A DNA stretch of 64,000 bases from a bacterium (GTDB lineage: Bacteria > J088 > JAWLBW01), in the NCBI GenBank assembly GCA_041690355.1, contig JAWLHK010000001.1, positions 248,001 through 312,000 of the forward strand. Reading direction: 5' to 3'. Of this stretch, positions 39,892-50,096 are shown one piece after another. Position 1 is the stretch's first letter. Each line of letters begins with the position of its first letter. A program made the position numbers and the translations under genes. The notes beneath the pieces were generated by a model. The model searched no databases. It saw only the letters and a list, made by a program, of their open reading frames with translations, and was not told the origin of the DNA.

Positions 39892-41362
39892 GTTCGGTAT
39901 CGAGCGGCAGATCGCGCAGCTCCTCGCGATGGCGCACGTGCCCGAGCGTCGTCTCGACGAACCGGTTGAAGTAGTTTAGTTTTTTGCGGAAGTCGTTCAG
40001 CTTGCCCAGGTTCTCGGCCGTCTGATCCGTCAGCGACTGGGCGACCATGAAGAAGCGTTCGAGCTCATCGTGGTCGGAGTAGCGCACGAACTTGAAGCTC
40101 AGGTTCTGGAAGTAGCTGAGAAACTGGCGCAGGGGGGCGATGGCTGCGCCGAACTCGGCCGCCGTAAGTCCGTCTTTGAGGATCTGCTGCTCGACGGCGT
40201 CGCAGAGCTTGTTGAGCACCCAGAGATCCTCGCGCAGGCGCAGCGACTGCTCGCGCTTCGAAACGAAGCCGGGAAAGACGTCGCGGCCGGCGGTCTGCGG
40301 CGCGAAGACCTGGACGACGACGATGATCGCCTGCTCGAAGAAGTTCCGCAGAACGCCCGCGCCGGCCGCCATCGTGCCCCGCAGCTTGAGCGTGTTCGTG
40401 ACCGACAGGGCTTCGCGCAAAACCTGCTGAAAGACCTTGCGCATCTCCATCGTGCACTGGAAGGCAAGCGAATCGGCGGCGGCCTGGAAGTCCTCGGCGT
40501 GCGGTCGATCTTCAGCGCCGGCAAGCAGCTCGGGAATCTCCTTTTCGAGATACTGGACGAGCATGCGCGTCTCGGAGTGGATGAGCGCGAAGACGAGCAC
40601 GGCCTGCTGCACTTCGTCGCGCTGATCGGCGTCGACATCGATCTGTTCCAGATAACGGAGCAGGCGGAAAAAGGCGAGCATCGTGATGGTGACCTGCTTG
40701 CGCAGGCGCTGATCGGCAATCCCGCGCACCAGCTCGGCCACCAGGGGGCTGCGCAGGCGATCGATCTCGGGGCGGAAAACGTCGCCGGCCATCGGATTGA
40801 AAAAGCGGTTGGCCGAGATGGTGCGCGAGATCATCTGCCCGAGGCTGCTGAAGAGCGGAAAGCTCACGGTGTTGAGGCGCGTCAGGGCCTGGGCGACGTC
40901 CGCGATGTTCTGAAAGGATTCTCCGAGGAGGAACAGGGATTCGGCCGGGGTCGACTGGCGCAGCTGCTCTTCGATGAACAGGTCGCGCACCCGGTCGCCG
41001 AGCATGCGGTGCTCGATGTAGCTGCGAAAGGTGAAGGCGTTGGAGTCTTCGCGCAGCAGCGCGCGGGCCTGGCGGGCGATGCGCGCCGCGGCCACCGCGA
41101 CGACGCGCACCTCGTGGCTGAAGTCGCGCGAGATGACCGAGTCGGTCTGCGTGATCGGCTGATTGTCGAGGTTGAAGAAGCGATCGAGGGCCTTCAGCTG
41201 CATGTCGAGCCCGAAGAACCGCTCCTCGCGGTTCGAGACGTCGAGACTCGCCATCCACGCTTCGCGCATCTGGCGGGCTTCGTCCCCCTCCCGGCTCTCT
41301 TTCGAGGAGACGTTCTGCGGGTCTGCCGGGGCCGAGGCCTGGGGGGTCAGCGTTCTTGCCAT
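39857..41362 (-). CDS. Hypothetical all-helical protein (about 501 aa)
   Basis: Host-like codon usage; apparent first gene of the operon; start reassigned to ATG 41362; overlaps truD by 35 bp. Confidence 0.75.
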   Translation of the reverse strand: MARTLTPQASAPADPQNVSSKESREGDEARQMREAWMASLDVSNREERFFGLDMQLKALDRFFNLDNQPITQTDSVISRDFSHEVRVVAVAAARIARQARALLREDSNAFTFRSYIEHRMLGDRVRDLFIEEQLRQSTPAESLFLLGESFQNIADVAQALTRLNTVSFPLFSSLGQMISRTISANRFFNPMAGDVFRPEIDRLRSPLVAELVRGIADQRLRKQVTITMLAFFRLLRYLEQIDVDADQRDEVQQAVLVFALIHSETRMLVQYLEKEIPELLAGAEDRPHAEDFQAAADSLAFQCTMEMRKVFQQVLREALSVTNTLKLRGTMAAGAGVLRNFFEQAIIVVVQVFAPQTAGRDVFPGFVSKREQSLRLREDLWVLNKLCDAVEQQILKDGLTAAEFGAAIAPLRQFLSYFQNLSFKFVRYSDHDELERFFMVAQSLTDQTAENLGKLNDFRKKLNYFNRFVETTLGHVRHREELRDLPLDTEHAQRLLDQFLR

Positions 41363-41464
41363 AAAATCCACATACGCAGCTTTCAGGGTAACAAATTGCA
41401 GGCCGTTCCCGGTAGGCACCCCGCGCATTTGCACCGGCCTGCGGCGCCCCGTTACGCTGTGAGA

Positions 41465-42472
41465 ATGCAGACGCTCGCACTCCTTGCGCTGGCAGGCGCC
41501 CTCTTGGCCGCCGTTCCCGGAGGCCTTCCTGAAGGCCTTCGTGAGGGAATGACGCCGGCCGACGCCGCCCGCGCGGGGGCCCGGGCCGAAGCGGCGGGAG
41601 ACTACGCGGCGGCCGCCGCCTTCTACCGGGGAATTCTGGTGGACGCTCCCAACCATGCGGGCGCGCGCAACGCGGCCCTGCGGGTCGAGGAACTCGACGC
41701 CTACGCGGATTTCGACTGGGAACCCTACCGGCGCTACCGAGCCATCGTCGATCGCTATCCCGAGCTGGGTTCCGAGAAGGCCGAGGACGAAGCGCGGGCG
41801 ATTCTCGAACGCTGGCCCACGGCACGCGTCGCTCCGAAGGCCGCTTTCTGGCTGGGGAACGAGTACCGCGAGATGCGCCGGGATCCGGCCGCGGCCCTCC
41901 CCTGGTACCGCCGCGTGGTCGATGAGTATCCGGCGGATCCGCTCGCCCCGGTGGCGCTCGACTGGATCGGCCGCATTCACGAAGCGGCGGGGAACCTGGA
42001 GGCGGCCGAGGCGGCCTATGTGGAAATGGCGCAACGGTTCCCCCAGGCGAGCCCGGCGGGACGGCTGGCGACCCTGGCCCGCCTGGGCCTGCGCGCCCGG
42101 CTGGTGGCCGCAGCGTGGAGCGCGCTCACCCTCGGCCTGCTCGTCTTCGTCGCGGTCGGCGGCTGGCGCGCGGACGTGCGGACGGCGTGGCGCGAGGGGC
42201 GGCGGCGGGCGGGGCTGGCGCTGTCCATCGGCATCCCCCCGGCGGCGTTTCTCTGGTGGTACGACGACCTGTGGTCCCCCTCGCTTACGGCCATCGGCGT
42301 TTCGTTCGCGGCGTACGGACTGTTCACGGCGGCGCTCGCGTCCCGCCCGCATCCCCCCGCGGCCCGGTGGACCGTGTGGCTCGAGCGCGCCGTGTGGAAC
42401 TTCGCCGTTCCGCTGGCGCTGCTCATCCTGATCGTCGACCGGTTTCAATTGTGGGAGGCGTTCTCGCTGTAG
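41465..42472 (+). CDS. Tetratricopeptide-repeat protein with C-terminal membrane helices
   Basis: Signal peptide; TPR-like A...Y..VV..YP..P.A..AL..IG repeats; about 4 C-terminal TM helices. Confidence 0.75.
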   Translation: MQTLALLALAGALLAAVPGGLPEGLREGMTPADAARAGARAEAAGDYAAAAAFYRGILVDAPNHAGARNAALRVEELDAYADFDWEPYRRYRAIVDRYPELGSEKAEDEARAILERWPTARVAPKAAFWLGNEYREMRRDPAAALPWYRRVVDEYPADPLAPVALDWIGRIHEAAGNLEAAEAAYVEMAQRFPQASPAGRLATLARLGLRARLVAAAWSALTLGLLVFVAVGGWRADVRTAWREGRRRAGLALSIGIPPAAFLWWYDDLWSPSLTAIGVSFAAYGLFTAALASRPHPPAARWTVWLERAVWNFAVPLALLILIVDRFQLWEAFSL

Positions 42473-42478
42473 CTGCGG

Positions 42479-42575
42479 AAGCGCCAAGCGCCAAGCGCTG
42501 AGCGCCAAGGAAACAAGGGCCATGTCCTGTCCTTGCCGGCAAATCGTCATTCGTCATTCGTAAATTGTCAATCGT
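42479..42575. repeat. Composite heptamer element (GCGCCAA)n - CAAGG..GTCCTTG - (MAATCGT)n
   Basis: Read directly; the right arm overlaps the predicted symporter start. Confidence 0.85.
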
Positions 42576-43428
42576 CGACCTGTACGTCATTGCGCTCGCG
42601 TTCCTGACCCTGTTCTCGATGGGGCTCGGGCTGACCCCGCGCGCCATCCTGCGGTCGCTGGCCCGCGCGCCGGGAACGACGGCGGCCGCGCTGGTTGTCA
42701 ACTTCCTCGTACTTCCTCTCGTGCTGCTCGGGCTCGACGCCGTGCTCGAGCTGCCGCAGCCGATCTTTCTCGGGCTGCTGCTCTGCATGGCCGCGCCCGG
42801 CGGGGGCACCGGGTCGCTGCTGACGTATCTCGCGCGCGGCGACGTGGCTTTCTCGCTGGGGCTGCTCGTGCTCTTCACGCTGCTCAGCTTCGTGCTCACG
42901 CCGCTGTGGATGGCCCCGTTCTCGCCCCAGAGCGGAGCGAGCCTGATTGCGGATGCGGTTCCCATGGTGCTGCGGATTCTCGCCTTCATCCTCCTGCCCC
43001 TCGGGCTCGGCCTGGCCGTGGCGCGCAGACTTCCGCCGTGGGTAGAACGCTGGCAGCCCCGGCTGGCCCGCGTGAGCCTGCTGATGCTGCTCGGGCTCGT
43101 GGCGGGGCTCCTCGTCACCAAGGGGCATCTCTTGTGGACCATCGGGTGGCCGGCCCTCGCCGCGGCGGCGATTACCGTCGGCGTTGGCCTGCTCTCTGGA
43201 TTGCTGACCGGCCGGGGTCTGCGCGCCGCCTTCTCCTTCACGACGGCCGTGCGCAACGTGACGCTGGCCATGCTGCTCGCGACCACCCATTACGCGGACG
43301 AGCTGGTGCTCATGGCGGTGCTGGCCTACGGGCTGTTCATGTATGGGGTGGGGATGCCGGCCGCGCTCGTCGTCAAGCGGTCGCAGGCCGCGGCCGGCAG
43401 TCGTCAGTCTTCAGTCGTCAGTCGATAG
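42565..43428 (+). CDS. Bile acid:sodium symporter (BASS) family protein; start uncertain
   Basis: LFSMGL.LT, VNFLVLP, AAPGG..S..TYLARGDVA.S, RNV.LA motifs. Confidence 0.85.
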   Translation: MSIVDLYVIALAFLTLFSMGLGLTPRAILRSLARAPGTTAAALVVNFLVLPLVLLGLDAVLELPQPIFLGLLLCMAAPGGGTGSLLTYLARGDVAFSLGLLVLFTLLSFVLTPLWMAPFSPQSGASLIADAVPMVLRILAFILLPLGLGLAVARRLPPWVERWQPRLARVSLLMLLGLVAGLLVTKGHLLWTIGWPALAAAAITVGVGLLSGLLTGRGLRAAFSFTTAVRNVTLAMLLATTHYADELVLMAVLAYGLFMYGVGMPAALVVKRSQAAAGSRQSSVVSR

Positions 43429-43649
43429 TCCGGGGGGAAATTCCGGTACCCCCGTCTCGAACTTTTACCGTTCGTGTCGAGCCGACGGCGGAAGGCAGTG
43501 CCTGAAGCGACGGCGAGACAGGCCCGTGGGTATCCAGGCGCGACCTCTCGCTGTCGGCCTCCGCTTCCGCTGCGGCCCGTCAGCTCGAGACGAACGGCAA
43601 CTTGCGTCCTTGCCGGCAAATCGTCAATCGTAAATCGTAAATCGTCAAT
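43397..43649. repeat. Composite element: (CAGTCKT)n arm, REP-like hairpin, GTCCTTG core, (MAATCGT)n arm
   Basis: cagtcgtcagtcttcagtcgtcagtcg ... gtccttgccggcaaatcgtcaatcgtaaatcgtaaatcgtcaat. Confidence 0.75.
43467..43597. repeat. About 130-bp nested palindromic REP/MITE-like element, copy 2
   Basis: Same four conserved blocks as 29472-29602, with diverged spacers. Confidence 0.8.
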
Positions 43650-43743
43650 GGAGACAGCCTCTGTCTCACCCTTGTGCGACCCTATGATGCGCGTTCTTGC
43701 TGGTACCGACGTCCGACGTCCGGCGTCCGACGACCGCTCGGGT

Positions 43744-43773
43744 TTGACGATCCGCCGCTCCGCTCAGTAAGAT
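43744..43773 (+). promoter_or_regulatory. Sigma70 promoter of ftsK
   Basis: TTGACG-18-TAAGAT. Confidence 0.5.
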
Positions 43774-43788
43774 GTAGAGGCCGCCCTC

Positions 43789-46200
43789 ATGAGCCGTAAG
43801 AAAAAAGAAGTTCCAGACAGCGCCGCCAAGCCGCGCCCCGAGCCCGAGGCCAGGCTGAAGCGCAGCCGGGGGAAGGATCTCTCCGGCCTCGCGCTCGTCT
43901 TTCTCACGCTCTACCTGCTGCTCGCGTTCGCCTCCTACCACCCCGACGACGGCTCCTCCGGTTCGCTCCAGAACTGGACGGGCATTCTCGGGCACGCCCC
44001 CGTCGACGCCTTCGTGCGCCTGGCGGGCGTGAGCGCGCTCGGGTTCGTGCTGCTCCCCGCCGTCGTCGGCATCGGACTGCTGCGCCAGTTGCGCGCCCTG
44101 CTCATCGCGCGTCACGTCTTCGGCGTGCTGCTCGTCATGCTCGCCTCGTCGGTCTTCGCCGAGGTCTTCTGGCTCACAATCCACTTCGAGAGCCGGCCCG
44201 TCGACGCCGGCGGCAAGCTGGGGATGGCCGTGGCGCCGCTGCTGCTGCGCGCCGCCAACAAGCCCGGCACGGCGATTCTCACGACGGCCCTGTTTCTCAT
44301 CGGCGCCCTGCTCGCCACCGGCATCCCCCTGCGCGTGCTCGGGACGGCCGCCCGGTGGATCGGCGGAGCCCTCGGCGGAGCCGCCGTGCGCGTCTCGCGC
44401 GGCCTGGCCGAATGGTTCCAGAAGCGGCTCGAGCAGAAGCGCCGCCACAAGGAATTTCTCGCGCGGCGCGCCGAAGCCGAACGGGAAGCCGTTCAGGACG
44501 TCCCCCGCCCGCCGCAGCGCCCGGCCGCCGCCGCAAGATCGCCGAAGGAGCGCCCGAAGCGCCCCGCCTACGTCGACGAACCGTCCGAGGACACCGCGCC
44601 CCCGGCGCCCGCCCGCAAGCCGCTGACCGTCCGCAAGGAGGTCGAAATCCGCCCGCGCGAAACGGCGCGCACGCAGCCCGAGCTCGACATGCAGCGCAAG
44701 CGCGGCAAGTACGAGCTGCCGCCGACGAAGCTCATGAATCCGCCCAAGAGCTCAGGGCTGGAGATCGATCGGAAGAGCCTGGAGTTCAACTCCCGCCAGC
44801 TCGAGAAGAAGCTGGGCGACTTCAACGTGCAGGGGCAAGTCGTGGCCGTGCAGCCCGGACCGGTCGTCACCATGTACGAGCTGGAACCCGCGCCCGGCGT
44901 GAAGGTACAGAAGTTCGTGAGCCTGACCGACGATATCGCCATGGCCATGCGGGCCGTGAGCGTGCGCATCGTCGCGCCCATTCCCGGCAAGAACTGCGTG
45001 GGGATTGAAATCCCGAACAACCAGCGCGAGACCGTCTTCCTGCGCGAGATCATCGAGTCGTCGGCCTTCCAGGAGCCGAAGCTCAAGATCCCCATCGCGC
45101 TCGGCAAGGACATCAGCGGCGAACCGGTCGTGAGCGACCTCGCGCAGATGCCGCACCTGCTCGTGGCCGGCTCGACCGGCAGCGGCAAGAGCGTGAGCGT
45201 GAACGCCATGATCCTCTCGATCCTCTACCGGTTCACGCCCGAGCAGGTCAAGTTCATCATGGTCGATCCGAAGATGATCGAGCTTTCCGCGTACGACGGT
45301 ATCCCCCACCTGCGCACCCCCGTCGTCACGAATCCCAAGAAGGCCGCCATCGCCCTGCGCCGCTGCGTCGATGAAATGGAGCGCCGCTACGCGCTCATGA
45401 AGGCGCTCGGCCGCGCCAAGGATCTCGAGACGTTCAATCGCCGCGTGAGCGACGAGATCAAGGCCAAGGGGAAAATCGAGGTCACAATCTCCTACGGCGA
45501 AGGGCAGAACACCGTCGAAGAGGTGGTGGATCTCAAGCCGCTCCCCTACTGGGTCATCATCATCGACGAGCTGGCGGATCTGATGATGGTCGCCAAGAAA
45601 GACATCGAAGACTCCATCGCGCGCCTCACGGCCAAAGCGCGCGCGGCTGGCCTCCACCTCATCGTGGCGACGCAGCGCCCGTCGGTCGACGTCATCACCG
45701 GCGTCATCAAGAGCAACCTGCCGACGCGCCTGTCGTTTCAGGTCGCGAGCGGAACGGACTCGCGCACCATCATCGACGGCTCGGGCGCCGAGAATCTGCT
45801 TGGCCAGGGAGATTCGCTCTTCATTCCGCCCAAGAGCAGCCGGCTCACGCGCGTGCACGGCGCCTACGTGGGCGAAGAAGAGATCGCCGAGATCGTCGAG
45901 TTCCTGCGCCGCCAGGGGGAACCGGAATACGACGAGGGGCTGCTGCAGGCCAAGCCGGGCGAAGGGGACGACGAGGGGGGCGAGCGCGCGGGCGGCGGCG
46001 ATGCCGAGAAGGATCCGCTCTACGACGAGATCGTCGCCTTCGTCATGCAGACCAAGCGCGCCAGCACGAGCGCCGTGCAGCGCAAGTTCAGCATCGGCTA
46101 CAACCGTGCCGCCCGCGTGCTCGACCAGATGCAGGACGCGGGGCTGGTGGGTCCGCCCAACGGCTCGAACCCGCGTGAGATCCTGCGCGAATCCCTGTAA
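43789..46200 (+). CDS. ftsK: DNA translocase FtsK
   Basis: 4TM N-terminal domain; PHLLVAGSTGSGKS, DPKMIEL, IIDELADLM, ATQRPSVDVITG; gamma domain IGYNRAAR. Confidence 0.97.
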   Translation: MSRKKKEVPDSAAKPRPEPEARLKRSRGKDLSGLALVFLTLYLLLAFASYHPDDGSSGSLQNWTGILGHAPVDAFVRLAGVSALGFVLLPAVVGIGLLRQLRALLIARHVFGVLLVMLASSVFAEVFWLTIHFESRPVDAGGKLGMAVAPLLLRAANKPGTAILTTALFLIGALLATGIPLRVLGTAARWIGGALGGAAVRVSRGLAEWFQKRLEQKRRHKEFLARRAEAEREAVQDVPRPPQRPAAAARSPKERPKRPAYVDEPSEDTAPPAPARKPLTVRKEVEIRPRETARTQPELDMQRKRGKYELPPTKLMNPPKSSGLEIDRKSLEFNSRQLEKKLGDFNVQGQVVAVQPGPVVTMYELEPAPGVKVQKFVSLTDDIAMAMRAVSVRIVAPIPGKNCVGIEIPNNQRETVFLREIIESSAFQEPKLKIPIALGKDISGEPVVSDLAQMPHLLVAGSTGSGKSVSVNAMILSILYRFTPEQVKFIMVDPKMIELSAYDGIPHLRTPVVTNPKKAAIALRRCVDEMERRYALMKALGRAKDLETFNRRVSDEIKAKGKIEVTISYGEGQNTVEEVVDLKPLPYWVIIIDELADLMMVAKKDIEDSIARLTAKARAAGLHLIVATQRPSVDVITGVIKSNLPTRLSFQVASGTDSRTIIDGSGAENLLGQGDSLFIPPKSSRLTRVHGAYVGEEEIAEIVEFLRRQGEPEYDEGLLQAKPGEGDDEGGERAGGGDAEKDPLYDEIVAFVMQTKRASTSAVQRKFSIGYNRAARVLDQMQDAGLVGPPNGSNPREILRESL

Positions 46201-46209
46201 ACTGCAGGC

Positions 46210-46659
46210 ATGAACTCGCTCGACCGCCGGCTGTGGGGGCTGTACTGGGTCTTCGTGGCCACGAAGACCGGCTTCGGCGTCATGGCCTTCTTCACGCTGT
46301 GGAACGCGCGCCCGGTGCCCCCCGACGACCTGCTCCCCATCCTCGGGGCCGCGCTGGGCGTGGCCGCCACGGGGCTCGGGGGCGCTTCGCTCTTCATCCG
46401 CGAGTATCTGATCCGCCGGCCGCTCGCCGAGGGAACGCTCGACGTGACTCGCGAAGAAGACCAGGTGCGCCTGTCGGTGCGCTTTCTGATCCTGTGGGGC
46501 CTGGCCGACCTGGTGGCGGTCGTCGGACTCTTCTTCGCCTTCTTCACGCAGAGCTTCGTGCTGTTCGTCCCCTTTCTGACAGGCGCGCTCTTTCTCATGC
46601 TGCGCCACGCGCCGCGTATCCCCTCTTCCGGCGGCACGCCCCCGCCCGCGCCCCGCTGA
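46210..46659 (+). CDS. Hypothetical membrane protein
   Basis: About 4 hydrophobic segments; 9 bp after the ftsK stop. Confidence 0.65.
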   Translation: MNSLDRRLWGLYWVFVATKTGFGVMAFFTLWNARPVPPDDLLPILGAALGVAATGLGGASLFIREYLIRRPLAEGTLDVTREEDQVRLSVRFLILWGLADLVAVVGLFFAFFTQSFVLFVPFLTGALFLMLRHAPRIPSSGGTPPPAPR

Positions 46660-46730
46660 TTCCGGCCCCCGGCACCGCCCACCGCCGCGCGCAACGGCAA
46701 GGCGCCCCTGTTTTCCGCTATACTGAGGGG

Positions 46731-47396
46731 ATGCGAATTCTACGGTTCCACGCCCTCTTCCTGCTCCTGCTGACGGCACTCGCCGCGCCGGCGCAGGCGG
46801 CTCCGCCCGCGGCCGATCAGCTCGTCGCGCGCATCCAGAAGCTCTACGACACGGCCGGATCCTACCAGGCCGATTTCGCCCAGACGTCGACCCTGAAGAC
46901 GACGGGGCAGAAGACCGAGGCGTCGGGCAAGGTCGTCTTCAAGAAGCCGGGCAAGATGCGCTGGATCTACGAGAAGCCGATCGATCAGGAGCTGATCTCC
47001 GACGGCAAGACGCTCTGGATCGTGCAGCCCGACGACAAGCAGGCCGTGCGCAGCGACGCCGAGAAGTACCTCAAGAACCGCGCGTCGATCACCTTTCTCG
47101 CCGGCAAGGGGCGCCTGACCGACGAGTTCACGGTCGCCCTCGGCGCAGCGCCCGCAGGAGCCGGCGAGGGGACGCCGCTGGTGCTCACCCCGAAGCAGCC
47201 CGACCCGACCGTGAGCAAGGTCGTGCTCATCGCCGATGCAAAAACCGGTGCGGTGCGCGAGACGTGGGTGTATGATTTTCTGGGGAACGTCACGCGCGTG
47301 CAGTTCCAAAACCCCGTGCACGGCAAGAAGGTCGACGAGAAGCAGTTCTCGTACACGCCGCCGAAGGGGTTCGACGTCATCGAACAGAATTTCTGA
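46731..47396 (+). CDS. lolA: Outer membrane lipoprotein carrier protein
   Basis: Signal peptide; ADF.Q..G.V.FKKPGKMRW.YEKP..Q.LISDGKTLW; F.YTPPKG.DVI; ftsK-lolA synteny. Confidence 0.92.
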   Translation: MRILRFHALFLLLLTALAAPAQAAPPAADQLVARIQKLYDTAGSYQADFAQTSTLKTTGQKTEASGKVVFKKPGKMRWIYEKPIDQELISDGKTLWIVQPDDKQAVRSDAEKYLKNRASITFLAGKGRLTDEFTVALGAAPAGAGEGTPLVLTPKQPDPTVSKVVLIADAKTGAVRETWVYDFLGNVTRVQFQNPVHGKKVDEKQFSYTPPKGFDVIEQNF

Positions 47397-47428
47397 TTCC
47401 ACTCACCGTCTATCGTCCGAGGATCGCC

Positions 47429-47914
47429 ATGCCCAGTTTCGACGTGGTCAGCGAAGTCAATCTGCAGGAAGTCGACAATGCCGTGAACCAGGCCATGAAG
47501 GAGATCGGCCAGCGCTACGACTTCAAGGGGACCAAGTGCGAGATCACGCACAAGGAGAAGGTGCTGCACATCGTCGCCGACGACGACTACAAGCTCAAGG
47601 CGACCATCGACGTGCTGCTGGGCAAGCTGGTGAAGCGCGGCATTCCGCTGAACAACCTCGACCACGGCAAGGTCGAACCGGGGCCGGGCGGCACGGTCAA
47701 GCAGGACCTGACGATCGTCGTGGGCATCCCGACCGAGAAGGCCAAGAAGATCGTCAAGGAGATCAAGGACTCCAAGATCAAGGTCCAGGGGGCCATCCAG
47801 GGCGAAGAGGTCCGCTTCACGGGCAAGAACCGCGACGACCTGCAGGAGACCATCGCGCTGCTCAAGAGCAAGGACTTCGGGCTGAGCCTGCAGTTCACGA
47901 ACTTTCGCGAATGA
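47429..47914 (+). CDS. yajQ: YajQ family nucleotide-binding protein
   Basis: MPSFDVVSE, RYDFKG, IQGEEVR.TGKNRDDLQ, LQFTNFRE. Confidence 0.95.
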   Translation: MPSFDVVSEVNLQEVDNAVNQAMKEIGQRYDFKGTKCEITHKEKVLHIVADDDYKLKATIDVLLGKLVKRGIPLNNLDHGKVEPGPGGTVKQDLTIVVGIPTEKAKKIVKEIKDSKIKVQGAIQGEEVRFTGKNRDDLQETIALLKSKDFGLSLQFTNFRE

Positions 47915-47918
47915 CGCG

Positions 47919-48070
47919 AATTGACGATTTACAATTTACGATTGACGATTTGCCGGCAAGGACCTGAGCACCTTGTTGCCGGTCAGCGCTTGGCGCTTCT
48001 CCAAGACCGCTTCGTTCTTATTTCCTCGGCGCTTGGCGCCTAGTGCTTAGCGCTTGGCGCCGGGCGCTCT
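47919..48070. repeat. Composite heptamer element (TTKACRA)n - CAAGGAC..CTTG - (GCGCTTG)n
   Basis: Between convergent yajQ and SRPBCC genes; the right arm encodes the SRPBCC C-terminus. Confidence 0.85.
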
Positions 48071-48693
48071 GCGCCCGTCGTGACCGCCTGCGGATTGGCC
48101 GGCGGCGCGATGTGGGCCTGGGTGGGGGTCTTGCGGCGGCGGGCGACCTCGGCGCGCACGTCGTCGACCAGACGGCGCGAAGCGCCCTGCTGCAGACTGT
48201 CGCGGACGAAGCCGGGAACCCACATCCCCGCATCCGCATACTGCTCCATGACGAGCCAGGTCCCCTTTCCCTCGGGTCCCGGGAGAAAGTGGTAGCGCCC
48301 CGTGAGCGACTTGAAGTCGCCGCTGTGGCGGGTCCAGCGCACTTCGCGTTCGGCCGGAAAGTGCACGCGGCGCAGGACGTACTTTGCGGTCTTGAACGTG
48401 AAGTCCATCTCATAGGCCACGTCGATCGTCTTCTCGTCGACGCGGGTGGTCGTCGTCTTCTCGACCTTGTTCAGCCACTTCGGGAACGAGGCGTAGTCGG
48501 TCAGCACCGCGTAAACCTCGTCGGGCTTCGCGTCGACCCAGCCGCAGAAACGCGCGCCCCGCACGCCGTCATCGCTCGTCCGCTCTTCGACGCGGATGTC
48601 GCCGTCGGCCTTCGCAGCCACGGTCGCGCAGAATTCCGCATCCGACATCCCGATCATTCCGGCGAGCGCCATCGCCAATACCGCTGTCAGCAT
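48040..48693 (-). CDS. SRPBCC/polyketide cyclase-like (START) protein, probably secreted
   Basis: VDAKPDEVYAVLTDYASFPKW, W...SGDFK...G.Y; N-terminal signal peptide. Confidence 0.8.
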   Translation of the reverse strand: MLTAVLAMALAGMIGMSDAEFCATVAAKADGDIRVEERTSDDGVRGARFCGWVDAKPDEVYAVLTDYASFPKWLNKVEKTTTTRVDEKTIDVAYEMDFTFKTAKYVLRRVHFPAEREVRWTRHSGDFKSLTGRYHFLPGPEGKGTWLVMEQYADAGMWVPGFVRDSLQQGASRRLVDDVRAEVARRRKTPTQAHIAPPANPQAVTTGAERPAPSAKH

Positions 48694-48841
48694 GTCTGAT
48701 TTGTATCACGAAGGGGGGCCTGGGCGCCACCGGGCCGCCCGGTCGTCTTCTTTTTCCGCCTCCGCCGTCTTGGGCGGATCTCCCTTTTCGGCGCACCAGA
48801 TGGCCTTGCCGGCACGCGGCAGGATATCGTCCCCCCGCCAC

Positions 48842-48870
48842 TTGACAGCCCAGCATTCCGCGGGTAATCT
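48842..48870 (+). promoter_or_regulatory. Sigma70 promoter of the lipoprotein pair
   Basis: TTGACA-17-TAATCT. Confidence 0.65.
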
Positions 48871-48897
48871 CCAGGCGGATCACCCAAGGAGTTCCCC

Positions 48898-49461
48898 ATG
48901 CAGAAAATCATCCCCTGTCTGATCCTCGCCCTCCTCGCCGCCGGCTGCGGCGTCGCCCCCGAAGAGACGGAACCCGTGAAGTGGGCGCAAGTCGCCTACA
49001 GCGTGACCGCGGGGAGCTCGTCCTCCCTGGACAGCAGCTTTCTGAGTAAGCGGGAACGCTTCCGGAACGAGAGCGACGGCAAACCCACGCTCGTCGCCTG
49101 GGAAGGGGAAAACGGCAGCGGCACGCAGGTCGAGGTGTTCTTTGCGAGCTCGCCGGCCGATGGCGACTCCTATGCCTTCTCGAGTGGCGGGCAGCTAGCC
49201 GACATCCGGATGCTCATCCGGCCGGATGCCGAGTGCATGGTCGCGTGCGACGAATGGACCGCCTCCGGCGGCGCCGCGACGGTCAAGGTAAGTGGAGAGA
49301 ACGTGACGCTGACCTTCGAGAACGTCACGCTTCAGCTGCGGCCGGGCTCCAACTTCGGGGTCACCGTTCCGGAAGAAACCGAGTCGGTTACGATCCGCGG
49401 CGGCGCCGAGTGGACGCGCGCGTGCGAGACCGGCGGCTCGTGCGACGGGGAGAAGCTTTGA
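48898..49461 (+). CDS. Hypothetical lipoprotein (paralog A)
   Basis: RBS AAGGAG; lipobox AAGC; ends EWTRACETGGSCDGEKL. Confidence 0.8.
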   Translation: MQKIIPCLILALLAAGCGVAPEETEPVKWAQVAYSVTAGSSSSLDSSFLSKRERFRNESDGKPTLVAWEGENGSGTQVEVFFASSPADGDSYAFSSGGQLADIRMLIRPDAECMVACDEWTASGGAATVKVSGENVTLTFENVTLQLRPGSNFGVTVPEETESVTIRGGAEWTRACETGGSCDGEKL

Positions 49462-50096
49462 ACTGCAACGCCGACACCAAAGCGGAACAGGAAGGAAGAC
49501 ACGTGCACAGAAACCCGCTGGTTAGAATGCGACTGGTTTCACGCGGAATGCTGCTTCTGCTGTTTGCAGCCTGCGGCGCGGATGACAATGTAGATACGCC
49601 GCAAGAGCCCGCGGTGGAGGCGCCACGGTGGGCGCACGCCCAATACACCATCGTCGAAGGTGAACTGGCGCCGGGGAACGATGCAATACCCCGCTCGTTC
49701 GACGGTCGTCTTGCGACCTTCACCCAAACGGATGAAGGCGACCTGGTCGTTGCGTTCCGGGATGCCGAAGACGGGGCTTCAGTGCTGGTCGTGTTTGCCT
49801 TCCGCGAGTCACCGCAGCATGGAGACACGTACTCCTTCTCGAAGGGGTACGGAGCGAGCGTCGAGCTGAGTATCATTCCCGATGCCGAGTGCGAGTGGAT
49901 TTGCAATGGGTATCAGGGCTTCGGCGGCACTGCGCATGTAACGGCGACGACCGAAACGGTTCGGATCACGTACCGGGACGTGACTTTGAACTACAGGGAG
50001 CTCTTCCCTGACAGCGAAACCGATTATCAGTCGACGGTTCAGGGCGTGGTCGAGTGGACGCGCGCGTGCGAGACCGGCGGCGCGTGCGACGGGGAG
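49407..50096 (+). repeat. 46-bp direct repeat pair (49407-49452 and 50051-50096) forming the 3' ends of both lipoprotein genes
   Basis: cgagtggacgcgcgcgtgcgagaccggcggc(t/g)cgtgcgacggggag; one mismatch. Confidence 0.9.

Noticed and set aside
39857-42550. 897-aa and 800-aa overlapping ORFs as large proteins
   Set aside because: Each is a real gene (39857-41362 minus; 41465-42472 plus) extended upstream through the antisense of its divergent neighbour.
43706-43735. (CCGACGT)n tract upstream of ftsK as a member of the heptamer family
   Set aside because: It is a single short degenerate occurrence with no core or partner arm.
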